DNA from: a virus
Lineage: Duplodnaviria; Caudoviricetes
Direction: 5' to 3' (one strand)
Virus record (IMG/VR): IMGVR_UViG_3300037440_000208
Span: 1-30,045 of that record
DNA length: 30,045 nucleotides
A program made the translations under genes and the position numbers. This document shows, piece by piece, positions 8,095 to 17,172 of the stretch. Within the stretch, counting starts at the first letter, position 1, and each line of letters begins with the position of its first letter. Below the pieces are notes generated by a model. The model was not told the DNA's origin and made no database searches. It saw only the letters and a list, made by a program, of their open reading frames with translations.

Positions 8095-9990
8095 ATGGAT
8101 AAGCTCGTGCGCCCCGACAACTTCGGGGACTTCACCCGCGAACAGCTCGAGCAGTGGGACGCGCAGGTCCGCGCCGTCGCCACCGAGCTCGGGAAACTCA
8201 CGTCGTTCACGAACGATGACATTGCCTATTCGACACAGCTGGTGGCGTGGGCGAACGACAACGCCGAAGCGTTCACGGCGCTGGCGCCGTCCGACGCCGA
8301 CGGCGAGGCCGCCCGTGCCGCGCTGGCCGCGCTCACGGCCGCGCCCGCCGCCGACGACAACGGCGACGGCGACGGCGACGACACCGGCGACGACGACGAC
8401 ACCGCCGGTGGTGACGAGTCCCGTGCGGTCCTCCGCTCTGTTGAGCTGCTGCTCAACAACGTTGCCGAGCGCATCAAGTCGGAAACGCCCCCCGCGCCTG
8501 AACCGCCCATCAACGGCGGCGGCGGCGGTGGTTCGGCGCCTTCGGTCGCGGACCTCGCCGGGGCGGGCGTCGGCAACGACACCCCCGACACGGTGAATGA
8601 ACCCGTGCTCGTGGCGGCCGCCGACTTCGGGAACTACCACAACGGCCAGTCGCTCGAAGACCTCTCCGGCCTCGCCGGTGCCGTCAAGGGCCGCCTCAAG
8701 TCCTACGTGCAGTCGCCCGGCGGCGGCAAGGGCCCCGTGCTCCTCACGAAGGGCGACGGCAAGCCGCTCCCGGCGAACGCTGCCGCGGGCGTCATGGCGC
8801 CCGTCCCCGGCGGCGGCTTCGCGCTCACCGGACGGCGCCAGGCGATCAGCGACGGCCACACGAAGCACGCCGTGGCCCGCATCGAGCGCGACTCCGCACA
8901 GCTCGAAGAGTTCACCATCAACGATGCGGAGGTGAACTCGCTCATCGCCGCGCGCGCGCAGGACGAGTGGGTGCGCCAGCTCCGCGCCGGGCGCATGGCC
9001 GCCATCGGCGGCACCCCCCGCGATTCGCTCATCGCGGCGTGGTGCGCCCACCCCGAGTCCTGGTACACGCTGTGTGAGCAGTGGTCCCTGGACGGGCGGC
9101 TCGTGCTCCCCACGCGCCAGATCCCGCGCGGCTCCATCCAGTTCGCGACCGGCTACGACTTCTCAACGGTGTTCACCGCCGTCGGGGAGAACACCGCCAC
9201 CTGTGAAGAGCTCGAAGAGGGCGTCACGAAGACGTGCGTGGAGGTGCCTTGCCTCGACGCCGAAACGACGTGCCTCAACGTCGACTGGCTGTGCATCACC
9301 GCCGACATCCTCCAGCGAAGGGCGTGGGGAGAATCCGTCGAGTCGTTCATTTCGGCGGCGCTGGCGGTGAAGCTCCACAAGACGAACGGGCGCATCATCA
9401 ATCAGATCGCGTCCGGTTCGGGCGCGGCCACCGTCATCGCCTCGTGCGACGGCGACGGCGCGTTCGAGTCGTTCCTGTACGGGCTGCAAGTGGCGAAGAT
9501 CGACGGCCAGTACAACTCCTACATGTCGCTGTCGGGCGAGTGGGAGGCCATCGTCCCGGCGTGGGTCCTCGAACAGCTCCGCGCTTCGGTGATGCGCCGC
9601 CGCGCCATCGAGGACCCGGTGAAGGCGGACTCGTGGATGCAAGCGCAGTTCGCGAAGATCGGGTACACGGTGCACTTCGTGTATGGGTGGCAGGACGCCC
9701 ACGTCACCACCCCGGCCACCGGGCTCCCCGGCGGCCCCGACCCGATCGCGTCGCTGCCCACCGAAGCCGACTTCATTGCCTACCCCGCCGGTACGTGGGT
9801 CCTCGGCGAGCTCCCCGTGATCGAGCTCGACACCATTTACGACTCCGCCGGGCTCCAGTCGAACAGCTTCACCGCCCTGTTCGTGGAGGATGGCTGGTCG
9901 GCGCTGAAAATGTGCAACCTCTCCCGCCTGTACACGGTCGCGCTCGACCCGTGCGGCTGCGGTTGCTCCGGCGGCGGGTCCACCTCCTAA
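8095..9990 (+). CDS. Major capsid protein (hexamer type) with N-terminal scaffold-like region
   Basis: 631 aa; acidic helical N-terminus; SLIAAWCAHPE..Y.LC, RGSIQF, LDTIYDS..LQSN.FTALFVEDG motifs of cluster-B-like capsid proteins; ATG 8095 with GGGAG. Confidence 0.85.
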   Translation: MDKLVRPDNFGDFTREQLEQWDAQVRAVATELGKLTSFTNDDIAYSTQLVAWANDNAEAFTALAPSDADGEAARAALAALTAAPAADDNGDGDGDDTGDDDDTAGGDESRAVLRSVELLLNNVAERIKSETPPAPEPPINGGGGGGSAPSVADLAGAGVGNDTPDTVNEPVLVAAADFGNYHNGQSLEDLSGLAGAVKGRLKSYVQSPGGGKGPVLLTKGDGKPLPANAAAGVMAPVPGGGFALTGRRQAISDGHTKHAVARIERDSAQLEEFTINDAEVNSLIAARAQDEWVRQLRAGRMAAIGGTPRDSLIAAWCAHPESWYTLCEQWSLDGRLVLPTRQIPRGSIQFATGYDFSTVFTAVGENTATCEELEEGVTKTCVEVPCLDAETTCLNVDWLCITADILQRRAWGESVESFISAALAVKLHKTNGRIINQIASGSGAATVIASCDGDGAFESFLYGLQVAKIDGQYNSYMSLSGEWEAIVPAWVLEQLRASVMRRRAIEDPVKADSWMQAQFAKIGYTVHFVYGWQDAHVTTPATGLPGGPDPIASLPTEADFIAYPAGTWVLGELPVIELDTIYDSAGLQSNSFTALFVEDGWSALKMCNLSRLYTVALDPCGCGCSGGGSTS

Positions 9991-10005
9991 CCGGGGGTTA
10001 CTGCC

Positions 10006-10788
10006 GTGCCTATCGCGCCTGCTATCGCACTCGCCGCGCCGCCCACGAACGGGGTGGCGGCGCGGCGGTACTCCATCCTGAACGCCGCCGTCGGCCCGCT
10101 CGACATGCCCGACGGCGGCCGCCTGGTCGACGTGGCCTATACCGTGCCGTGGTGCGGGCCCGGCGGCGAAGTCCTCGCCCCCGACTGCGAGACACCGCCG
10201 CCGAACGTCCCCGAAGGCCCGCTCGCGCTGGTCGACGGCATCGCGTTCACCGTGTCGCGCATGTTCGAGTGCACTTCGCACGGGATCACGCCCGCCGACG
10301 CCGAGCGGTTCATGCGCGAACGGCTCGACGCGTCCGAACACGTGCACGTGGAGCGGGCCGTGGCCGCGCAGCTGGCCGCCGCGGGTGCAACCGCGCTGGC
10401 GGCGTCGGCGACGATCGTGGCCGCCGTGTCGGCGCTCGAAACGTTCGCATACTCGACGGAAGGGTACGGCCCGACCGCGGTCATTCACGTCCCGATCGGC
10501 GCGTTCGCCTACCTCGCCGAATCCCACCAAATCAGTAGGGAATCATCAACGGGGGTGTGGCGCACCCCGCTGGGCACCATCATCGCCCCCAATGCCGGAC
10601 TCACCGACACCGCGTACATCACCGGGCTCCTCGTGCTGTGGCGCTCCACCACCGAATTCATCTCGCCCGCCGAAGCCGCGCTCGACCGGGCCGCCAACGA
10701 ATACCGCATGGTCGGCCAGCGCGATTGGATCGCGGCGTGGGAGTGCTTCACCGCCTCTACCGTGCTTACCCAGCTGGAAGGCGCGTAG
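10006..10788 (+). CDS. Second capsid protein (pentamer type)
   Basis: 260 aa directly after major capsid; AVSALE..AY...VIH..., WRTPLGT motifs as in cluster-B-like pentamer proteins. Confidence 0.7.
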   Translation: MPIAPAIALAAPPTNGVAARRYSILNAAVGPLDMPDGGRLVDVAYTVPWCGPGGEVLAPDCETPPPNVPEGPLALVDGIAFTVSRMFECTSHGITPADAERFMRERLDASEHVHVERAVAAQLAAAGATALAASATIVAAVSALETFAYSTEGYGPTAVIHVPIGAFAYLAESHQISRESSTGVWRTPLGTIIAPNAGLTDTAYITGLLVLWRSTTEFISPAEAALDRAANEYRMVGQRDWIAAWECFTASTVLTQLEGA

Positions 10789-10790
10789 CC

Positions 10791-11006
10791 GTGGCAATCA
10801 TCATCGAATCGAAACAGGACGACGGTTCGTGGGTGTCCATCACCGACCTCACTGAACGTGTCCTCGAAGCCGCACCCGAAGCGACGGTGCGGAAGGTCAA
10901 GGGCACCGTGTCGGGCGTGGAGGTGAACGACGGCGCCGCCGTCAAATACCTTATGACGCGCTACACGGCGAAGGGCAACGCACGCAAGGGGGGATACGAT
11001 GGCTAA
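10791..11006 (+). CDS. 71-aa hypothetical protein
   Basis: GTG start 2 nt after upstream stop, GGAAGG RBS, overlaps start of next gene. Confidence 0.7.
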   Translation: MAIIIESKQDDGSWVSITDLTERVLEAAPEATVRKVKGTVSGVEVNDGAAVKYLMTRYTAKGNARKGGYDG

Positions 11007-11724
11007 CCGTACATTCCGGCCGCGGTACATGGTCCGTACACGGTGGACGGCGCTCGACGCTTGCGGCGTCCCCGCCTACACCGACGACCCGGAAGGATGC
11101 ACTTACTACGTCCGCGACTGCCACGTGTCGTACGCGTGGGAGGACCAGTTCAACGACCCCGAAGAGTTCGACATCCCGTGCGACAACGGGCGTTCGCAAT
11201 TCTTCGACATGACCGATCCGACCTATAAGTTCACGTCGGGGACGCTCGCGCTCAACGACATCGACCCGATCATTCAACTCATGACCATGAGCTCGTATGT
11301 GGAGGTCGACGCGCAGACGCAAGATTTCGTCGGCTACCGGCCCTCGGCCCGGAACTGGGGCACGTCGAAGTTCGCGCTCGAAATCTGGGCGGCGCTGGCG
11401 ACGGCCCGGAACTCCCCGGTGTGTCCCGCGGGCGCCGAAGAGTGGGTGTACCTGTTGTTCCCGTTCAACACGCATGGGCGGTGGGCCACCGGCCCCACCG
11501 CGTCGAACAACACCGACGCTTCTGAGATCACGTTCAACACGTTCACCGGCGGCGCGTGGGAAGATGGCCCGTTCAACGTCATCGCCGATGAGACCGGTGC
11601 GCCGTCGCCGCTCATCGACCCGATCACCGAAGATCAGCCGTACCTGATTCGGCGCACCACGATCGCGCCGCCGGAGGTCACCGAAGAGTGCGTGCCGCTG
11701 GGCGCGCCGGTGTCGTCCTCCTAG
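10999..11724 (+). CDS. Major tail (tube) protein
   Basis: R.T.LDACG.P, FALEIW, Y.LFPF, W..GPFNV motifs of cluster-B-like major tail proteins; size and position. Confidence 0.8.
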   Translation: MANRTFRPRYMVRTRWTALDACGVPAYTDDPEGCTYYVRDCHVSYAWEDQFNDPEEFDIPCDNGRSQFFDMTDPTYKFTSGTLALNDIDPIIQLMTMSSYVEVDAQTQDFVGYRPSARNWGTSKFALEIWAALATARNSPVCPAGAEEWVYLLFPFNTHGRWATGPTASNNTDASEITFNTFTGGAWEDGPFNVIADETGAPSPLIDPITEDQPYLIRRTTIAPPEVTEECVPLGAPVSSS

Positions 11725-11734
11725 GGGTGTAGCC

Positions 11735-12931
11735 GTGGCGCTCGCGCAGTATGACGAACTGTTCTGGTATCCGTCGGGCACGATCGCCGCGGGTATCCCC
11801 GCCAGGGTGTTCGAGCTCGAATCGAACACCCTGGCGGTGCTGTGGGCCGACGCCGCCGGTACGGTGCCGCTGGCGAACCCGACGGCGACGAACGGCGCGG
11901 GGCGGCTCATCTTCTGGGCCGAAGAGGGCGAGTACTGGCTTCACCTGGATTCGGAGTCGTTCCGTGTCCGTGTCGGGCCCGAACCCATCGACCCGGCCAG
12001 CGAGATTGCCGCGGCCGCCCTGTCGACGGGTGTCACGGCCGGGGGTGACCTCTCCGTGAACGCCGTTAGTTCCTCCGCTATCGACATTGCACCGCTCACC
12101 GGGTACATCACCGACTTCACCGCCGACCCGTTCGCGCCGTCCATCACCCGCGTCGTGTACCCGGGTGGGACGGTGGAAATGGACGCGGGCGCGCTGGCGC
12201 GGACGGCGACGGCGTGGCTCATGGATGCCGACCAGGTGATTACGCAGCAATCGTTGCCGCCCTCGAACGCGCAGCGTCGCACCCATATTTTCCTTGGCGT
12301 CACCGCGCAAGTCGGCGGCGTCGTCGTTGTCGACCAGTCGCTACCGGTCATCATGCAGCAACCCGCGAACCAGCTCACGGACCTCATGACCGCGCTGGGT
12401 GCGTTCAACATCTCCGGCAACCTCATTGCGCCGAACGGCGCGAACCTCATGGTCGACCACACCGCCGGTGAGCTGTTCTCGCAGGCGTTCAATCACTTCG
12501 TGGGGCCGGTACAGACGAACGACCCGCACGTGTCGACTACTGTGGCGCAGACTCCGGCGAACTTCCGATACGCGACCAGGGACGTGAACGTACAGTTCGG
12601 GCCGTTGACGAGCCTGGTCGACGTAGCGAATTACGATGTCGGCGGTGTCGTTACACCGGTCGGGGGCGGCGCGAACACCAGCACCGTTCACCGTGTGTTC
12701 ATGTTCGCGAACAACAACCCGGACGATCAAATCGTGTTCCAGTACGGGCAAACGACGTATTCGAGTCTCATGAATGCCGTGAACTCGATCGGAGCGGGCA
12801 CGTTCACACCGAACCCGCTCATGCGGGCGGCCGCGTTCCTCGGGCATATCGCCGTCGCCAGGACGGCCACGAACCTCTCCGACCCCACGCAAGCTGTGTT
12901 CGTGCGCGCCGGTAAGTTCGCCACACCGTAA
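11735..12931 (+). CDS. Virion structural protein, possible collar/fibre with N-terminal attachment module
   Basis: 398 aa; N-terminal LWADAAGTVPLANPTATNGAGRLIFWAEEGEY module; beta-rich remainder. Confidence 0.6.
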   Translation: MALAQYDELFWYPSGTIAAGIPARVFELESNTLAVLWADAAGTVPLANPTATNGAGRLIFWAEEGEYWLHLDSESFRVRVGPEPIDPASEIAAAALSTGVTAGGDLSVNAVSSSAIDIAPLTGYITDFTADPFAPSITRVVYPGGTVEMDAGALARTATAWLMDADQVITQQSLPPSNAQRRTHIFLGVTAQVGGVVVVDQSLPVIMQQPANQLTDLMTALGAFNISGNLIAPNGANLMVDHTAGELFSQAFNHFVGPVQTNDPHVSTTVAQTPANFRYATRDVNVQFGPLTSLVDVANYDVGGVVTPVGGGANTSTVHRVFMFANNNPDDQIVFQYGQTTYSSLMNAVNSIGAGTFTPNPLMRAAAFLGHIAVARTATNLSDPTQAVFVRAGKFATP

Positions 12932-12946
12932 AAGGGGGGGTCACCT

Positions 12947-13774
12947 ATGCCCGTCATCAATCCCGTGAACTCGGTTCCGGGTGAGGGCCCGGCGCCGTGC
13001 GGGTGGATTATCGACCCGGCCGCCACCGGGTGTTGCACCGGTTGGGACGACTACACCGACCAGCAACAGCACACGGGCGCCGTGCTCGCGGCGTCGTGGA
13101 TGTGGGCCGCCACCGGCCGACAGTTCGGGCAGTGCGAGGTGACCGTGGAGGCGTGCACCGGCGCCGGTGGGTTCCCGACCTATGAGGCGTTCCCGGTCGC
13201 ATATCAGGCGCGCTCGGGCGGCGGGTACGTCCCCTACCTCATGGACGGCGTATGGTTCAACGCCCCGGCCGGGGCGTCGTGGTGTTGCGACACGCTGTGC
13301 GAAGTGCGCCTTCCAGGTCCGATCTATGGGACCGCGGCGATCCTCGAAGTCTCCACGGGCGGCACCGTGCTCGAACCTGGTGACTACCGCGTCTACGACG
13401 GCGTAAAACTCGTGCGCACCGACGGGCAATGCTGGCCCGCGTGCTGTAACGCCGCCGCGGGCGGGGCGCTCACCGTGAACTACCTCCTAGGGCTCCCGGT
13501 CCCCGATGACGTGTCGATAGCGGCGAACATGCTGGCATGTGAGTTCGCGGCCGCGTGCTCGGGCGGCAAGTGCCGCCTGCCACGCACCGTTTCCTCCATG
13601 ACGCAGATGGGCACCACCGTCGATTTCTCGGCGCTCCCGGCCGCAGGCATCCCCACGATGGCGACCGGTATTTACGAGATTGACCAGGTGGTGAAGACGT
13701 ACAACCCGTACGGGCTCGCGATGCCGCCGAAGCTGTACAACCCGAACCGGCCGCGCGTCCGCTGGCCCATGTGA
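12947..13774 (+). CDS. Head-to-tail adaptor
   Basis: A...MWAATGRQFGQC, LVRTDGQCWP, LACEFAAAC...CRLP..V.S.T..G, TGI.EID motifs; position. Confidence 0.8.
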   Translation: MPVINPVNSVPGEGPAPCGWIIDPAATGCCTGWDDYTDQQQHTGAVLAASWMWAATGRQFGQCEVTVEACTGAGGFPTYEAFPVAYQARSGGGYVPYLMDGVWFNAPAGASWCCDTLCEVRLPGPIYGTAAILEVSTGGTVLEPGDYRVYDGVKLVRTDGQCWPACCNAAAGGALTVNYLLGLPVPDDVSIAANMLACEFAAACSGGKCRLPRTVSSMTQMGTTVDFSALPAAGIPTMATGIYEIDQVVKTYNPYGLAMPPKLYNPNRPRVRWPM

Positions 13775-13784
13775 GGAGACATTC

Positions 13785-14327
13785 GTGGCCGATGAGATTG
13801 TGTGGCCGGTGCTCGACGCCATGTTGGAATGCCTCATCACGACGTTCGAGGCGGAAGCGAAGCCGCCGGGGGTGATCCGGCACCACTTCGGGTCCGGTAC
13901 CGCCGTCGCGCAGATATCGCCCGACGGCGAAGAAAACGAATGCTGCGACGGGCTCGTGTGGGTGCGCCTCGCCGAATTCTACGAATCCGGTAACGACTCA
14001 CTCACGCCGTACGCGTCGGCGTCGTCGTGTTTCGAGAACCTGGCCGTCCCCATCGACATCGGGGCCGTCCGATGCTGGCCGAAAGCCGGGGACTTCGCCA
14101 CCGCGGAGGACTGGGCCACCACCACCTACGATTGCGCGCAAGACGCCGCGGCACTCCGCAGGGCCGTCAAGTGCTGTTTCATCCCCGGGAATGAGTCGCG
14201 GTGGCAAGTGGTGACGGGCCGGTGGCGGCCGGTCGGGGTGACCGGGCAATGCGTCGGTGGGATCCTCCCCCTCACCGTCGCCCCGAACGCCATCGAGTGC
14301 TGTCCACCTACCGCCCCGTCGCCGTAG
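13785..14327 (+). CDS. Neck / tail-terminator-like structural protein
   Basis: CCDGLVWVRL, GAVRCWP, G..GQCVGG pattern; follows adaptor; GAGGAG RBS. Confidence 0.6.
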   Translation: MADEIVWPVLDAMLECLITTFEAEAKPPGVIRHHFGSGTAVAQISPDGEENECCDGLVWVRLAEFYESGNDSLTPYASASSCFENLAVPIDIGAVRCWPKAGDFATAEDWATTTYDCAQDAAALRRAVKCCFIPGNESRWQVVTGRWRPVGVTGQCVGGILPLTVAPNAIECCPPTAPSP

Positions 14328-14337
14328 ACTCGGCGGC

Positions 14338-14976
14338 ATGACCGTTCCTGTTCCCCCTACCGCCGCCGTGATCGGTACCGGCCGTTCTGGTACCGGCTTC
14401 ATGGCCGCCGTGCTCGCCGCCGCCGGGCTCAACACCGGACATGAGGCGTACTGGCACGCCCACGTTGGCGCGAAAGCGCCGAACCTCGACGTTGACTCCT
14501 CATGGTTGGCGCTGCCGCTCCTCGAGACGGGGCCGTGGTCGGGCCGTGTGCTCCACGTCGTGCGCCACCCCGTCGACGCCATCCGGTCGCTCGCCGGTGG
14601 CGGATTCTTCAACGCCGACCTGGCCCGCGCCCCCTACCCGATGTACGCGCGCGCGCACTGCCCGAACGTGTACGGGCGCACCGGCGTGGCCGCGGCCGTC
14701 GAATTCTGGTGTGACTGGAACAACCGGTGCGCGGCCGTCGCGGACGCCACCGTCCGGCTCGAGGACGCCACCGGCCCCGAACCGGTCGCGAAGGCGTGGG
14801 CCCTCACCGTCGCCGACACGATCGGGCTCGCCACCGTCTCACCCGATGACATCACCGCCGCCGTGGCCGCCACCCCCACGAACACGAACACGCGCGGACC
14901 CCTACCAGGTATCGACCCCGCGCACGTGTGGTCACTCATCGGGCGCCGCGCCCACGCCTTCGGGTACGGCGCGTGA
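14338..14976 (+). CDS. Sulfotransferase-family protein
   Basis: 5'-PSB-like VIGTGRSGTGF..GHE and 3'-PB-like LHVVRHPVDAIRS motifs; probably leaderless (TAGACT at 14325-14330). Confidence 0.75.
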   Translation: MTVPVPPTAAVIGTGRSGTGFMAAVLAAAGLNTGHEAYWHAHVGAKAPNLDVDSSWLALPLLETGPWSGRVLHVVRHPVDAIRSLAGGGFFNADLARAPYPMYARAHCPNVYGRTGVAAAVEFWCDWNNRCAAVADATVRLEDATGPEPVAKAWALTVADTIGLATVSPDDITAAVAATPTNTNTRGPLPGIDPAHVWSLIGRRAHAFGYGA

Positions 14977-16019
14977 GGGGCCGCCCGCTGCGCATCGTCG
15001 CATGGGTGCACGGACTCTACCCGCACCAGCGGGCCGGGTCTGAGACGATGCTGGCCGACATGCTCGAAGCGCTCGCGCTGGCCGGGCATGAAGTGCACGC
15101 CCTCGCCACCCTCACCGGCCCCGCCGACGGCTCCACGTCGTGGGAGTACGGCGGCGTTCAATGCTGGCGCGAATCCGACGCCGCCGCCGCGGCGTTCGTG
15201 ACCATGCTCGAGCCCGACTTGATCGTGTCGCACCACCACATCGGCGTCGAAGCCGTCCCCGTCGCCAAGCGCATCGGGGCCGGTGCCGCCGTCATCTTGC
15301 ACAACGACTTCAAATGGTCACGGGCCATGGTGAACGCCCGCCCCGACCTTCTCGTGTTCAACACGCATTGGCTGAAACGGAAGATGGGCACCCGCGGCGG
15401 CGCTTCCGTCGTCGTGCACCCGCCGCTCCACGCCGACCGGTACGCGCTCGAGGTGCCGCCGCCCGTCGACGGGGCGGTCACCATCATCAACCTCGACAAA
15501 ATCAAGGGCCCCGATGTGTTCTATGGGATCGCCCGCCAGCTCCCCGACACGCGGTTCCTGGCCGTCCGCGGCGGCTACGGCCGCCAGGACGAACGCGGCG
15601 GCTACCCGAACGTCGAGTTCATGGACACCACCGAAGATGTCCGCGGCGATATCTGGGCGCGTACCCGCGTGCTTGTGGCGCCCTCACGGTACGAGTCGTA
15701 TGGGCGCGGCACCGTGGAGGCGTGCGCGGCCGGAATCCCCGTGATCGCGACGGCCACGGCCGGGCTCCGTGAAGCGCTCGGGCACGCGGGTATCTTCGCG
15801 TCCCGCGGGAACCCGGCCGAATGGGTCCGGCACGTGCGGCGGCTCACCGCGGCGGGTGAGGACTGGGCGCGGGCGTCACGCCGGGCGCTGGCACGCGCCG
15901 CCGAGCTCGACGCTATGCGGCGGATCGAACTGGAACAGTGGGTTCGCTCGGCTGCGGAAGTGGCACGCGCCGCGCGGCGGCGTCGCGGCCGTCGGCGAGT
16001 TCCCACGGCGACGGCGTGA
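14973..16019 (+). CDS. Glycosyltransferase, GT-B fold (GT4-like)
   Basis: GSE..LA..GHEV, KIKGP, APSRYESYGRGTVEACAAGIPVIAT...GLRE (E-x7-E) motifs; GTGA overlap with sulfotransferase stop. Confidence 0.9.
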   Translation: MRGRPLRIVAWVHGLYPHQRAGSETMLADMLEALALAGHEVHALATLTGPADGSTSWEYGGVQCWRESDAAAAAFVTMLEPDLIVSHHHIGVEAVPVAKRIGAGAAVILHNDFKWSRAMVNARPDLLVFNTHWLKRKMGTRGGASVVVHPPLHADRYALEVPPPVDGAVTIINLDKIKGPDVFYGIARQLPDTRFLAVRGGYGRQDERGGYPNVEFMDTTEDVRGDIWARTRVLVAPSRYESYGRGTVEACAAGIPVIATATAGLREALGHAGIFASRGNPAEWVRHVRRLTAAGEDWARASRRALARAAELDAMRRIELEQWVRSAAEVARAARRRRGRRRVPTATA

Positions 16020-16701
16020 CGTAGGTGCCGCGGATCGCGTCGCCGGTCGCGCCGTGCCACGACACCGGGGAGGTGGACACCCACGGGCCCGGGATAGGCA
16101 CTTCCGCGTTCGTGTACACCTTCGGGTCGGCCACCTGGTGGCCCTTCGCGCCCGCCAGCTCCGCCATGAGTGTCCGTTGCGCCACGACCCCCGGCACGAG
16201 GTTGTGCGCGCGCATTGCGGCGCCAGCGGCCCGTACAGCGGCCCCGGAGGTGGGTAGGGGGGTGTGCGTCTCCCATGAGGCCGGGGCCGTGTTCCCGGCG
16301 GCCGCGAGGAGATACACCGACCGGCGAAGCCGGGAGCGGTAGGCAGAGCGGGCCGGGTCGGCTCGCATCGCCTCGATATGGTCGGCGGCCGGGCCCCGGT
16401 TCGTGAGCGCCGCCAGGTCGGCGGGGGCGGTCGCGAAAAAGTCGTCGTTCATGAGCACGAACGGGCCCTCGCCGATGAACTCCGCGGCCGCCCACAGCGC
16501 GTTCCAGACGTTCAACATTGAACGATTCTGCCGCTGTGTGACGTTGAGGCCGGTGGCTCGGTTCGTGTCCAGCCAATCGGGGAGGTACCCGGCGACGATG
16601 ATGTCCAGGGTGGCCGGGTCGTAGTGCGCGGCGATGGAACGCAGCGCCCACATGAGTGTGCCGTCACGGCCGCGGCCGTGGGGGAATACGAGCGTGGTCA
16701 T
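15913..16701 (-). CDS. Stealth-like sugar-phosphotransferase / glycosyltransferase
   Basis: LMWALRSI, G..PDWL, FVLMNDDFF, WETHTPLP motifs resembling Stealth CR2; minus-strand GC3 bias. Confidence 0.7.
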   Translation of the reverse strand: MTTLVFPHGRGRDGTLMWALRSIAAHYDPATLDIIVAGYLPDWLDTNRATGLNVTQRQNRSMLNVWNALWAAAEFIGEGPFVLMNDDFFATAPADLAALTNRGPAADHIEAMRADPARSAYRSRLRRSVYLLAAAGNTAPASWETHTPLPTSGAAVRAAGAAMRAHNLVPGVVAQRTLMAELAGAKGHQVADPKVYTNAEVPIPGPWVSTSPVSWHGATGDAIRGTYVTPSPWELADGRDAAARRVPLPQPSEPTVPVRSAA

Positions 16702-16732
16702 CATCCGAGCGTACGCGGCTAGCATGGTGCTC
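16702..16732. promoter_or_regulatory. Putative divergent leaderless promoters
   Basis: Minus-strand TACGCT (16713-16708) 6 nt before ATG 16701; plus-strand TAGCAT (16720-16725) 7 nt before ATG 16733; no SD on either side. Confidence 0.5.
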
Positions 16733-17161
16733 ATGCCCACCATCGGAATCACCGTTGACACCCGCTATGACCGCGGGCGCGCGGGCGTGTGGGTGGGTGA
16801 CTTGTGCCAGGAACTCGTCACCGACTTCACCAATGACGGCATCACGTACGCGACGCTGGCGACACCGGTGCGCACCGGTCGGCTCCGCGCGGCGAACACC
16901 GCCGACGTGGGCACACCGGAACCGTTCCGCTGCGAGGGCCGTATGGTCAACGCGACCGCGTACGCGCTCGACGTCCACCAGGGGACGGGCCCGCACCGCA
17001 TCGAACCACGGAACGCCACGGTCCTCCGGTTCGAGGTCGGCGGTGAAACGGTGTTCTCCGCGTACGTCAACCACCCGGGGACACGGCCGCGGCCGTTCCT
17101 CGCCGAAGGCGCCATAGCGTCGGCGGCACAGCACAACTTCATTTACACACCCACCGTCTAG
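16733..17161 (+). CDS. HK97 gp10-like tail completion / neck protein
   Basis: TPVRTGRLR, YALDVHQGTGPHRI, VNHPGTRPRPFL motifs. Confidence 0.8.
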   Translation: MPTIGITVDTRYDRGRAGVWVGDLCQELVTDFTNDGITYATLATPVRTGRLRAANTADVGTPEPFRCEGRMVNATAYALDVHQGTGPHRIEPRNATVLRFEVGGETVFSAYVNHPGTRPRPFLAEGAIASAAQHNFIYTPTV

Positions 17162-17172
17162 GAGGTTCCCCC

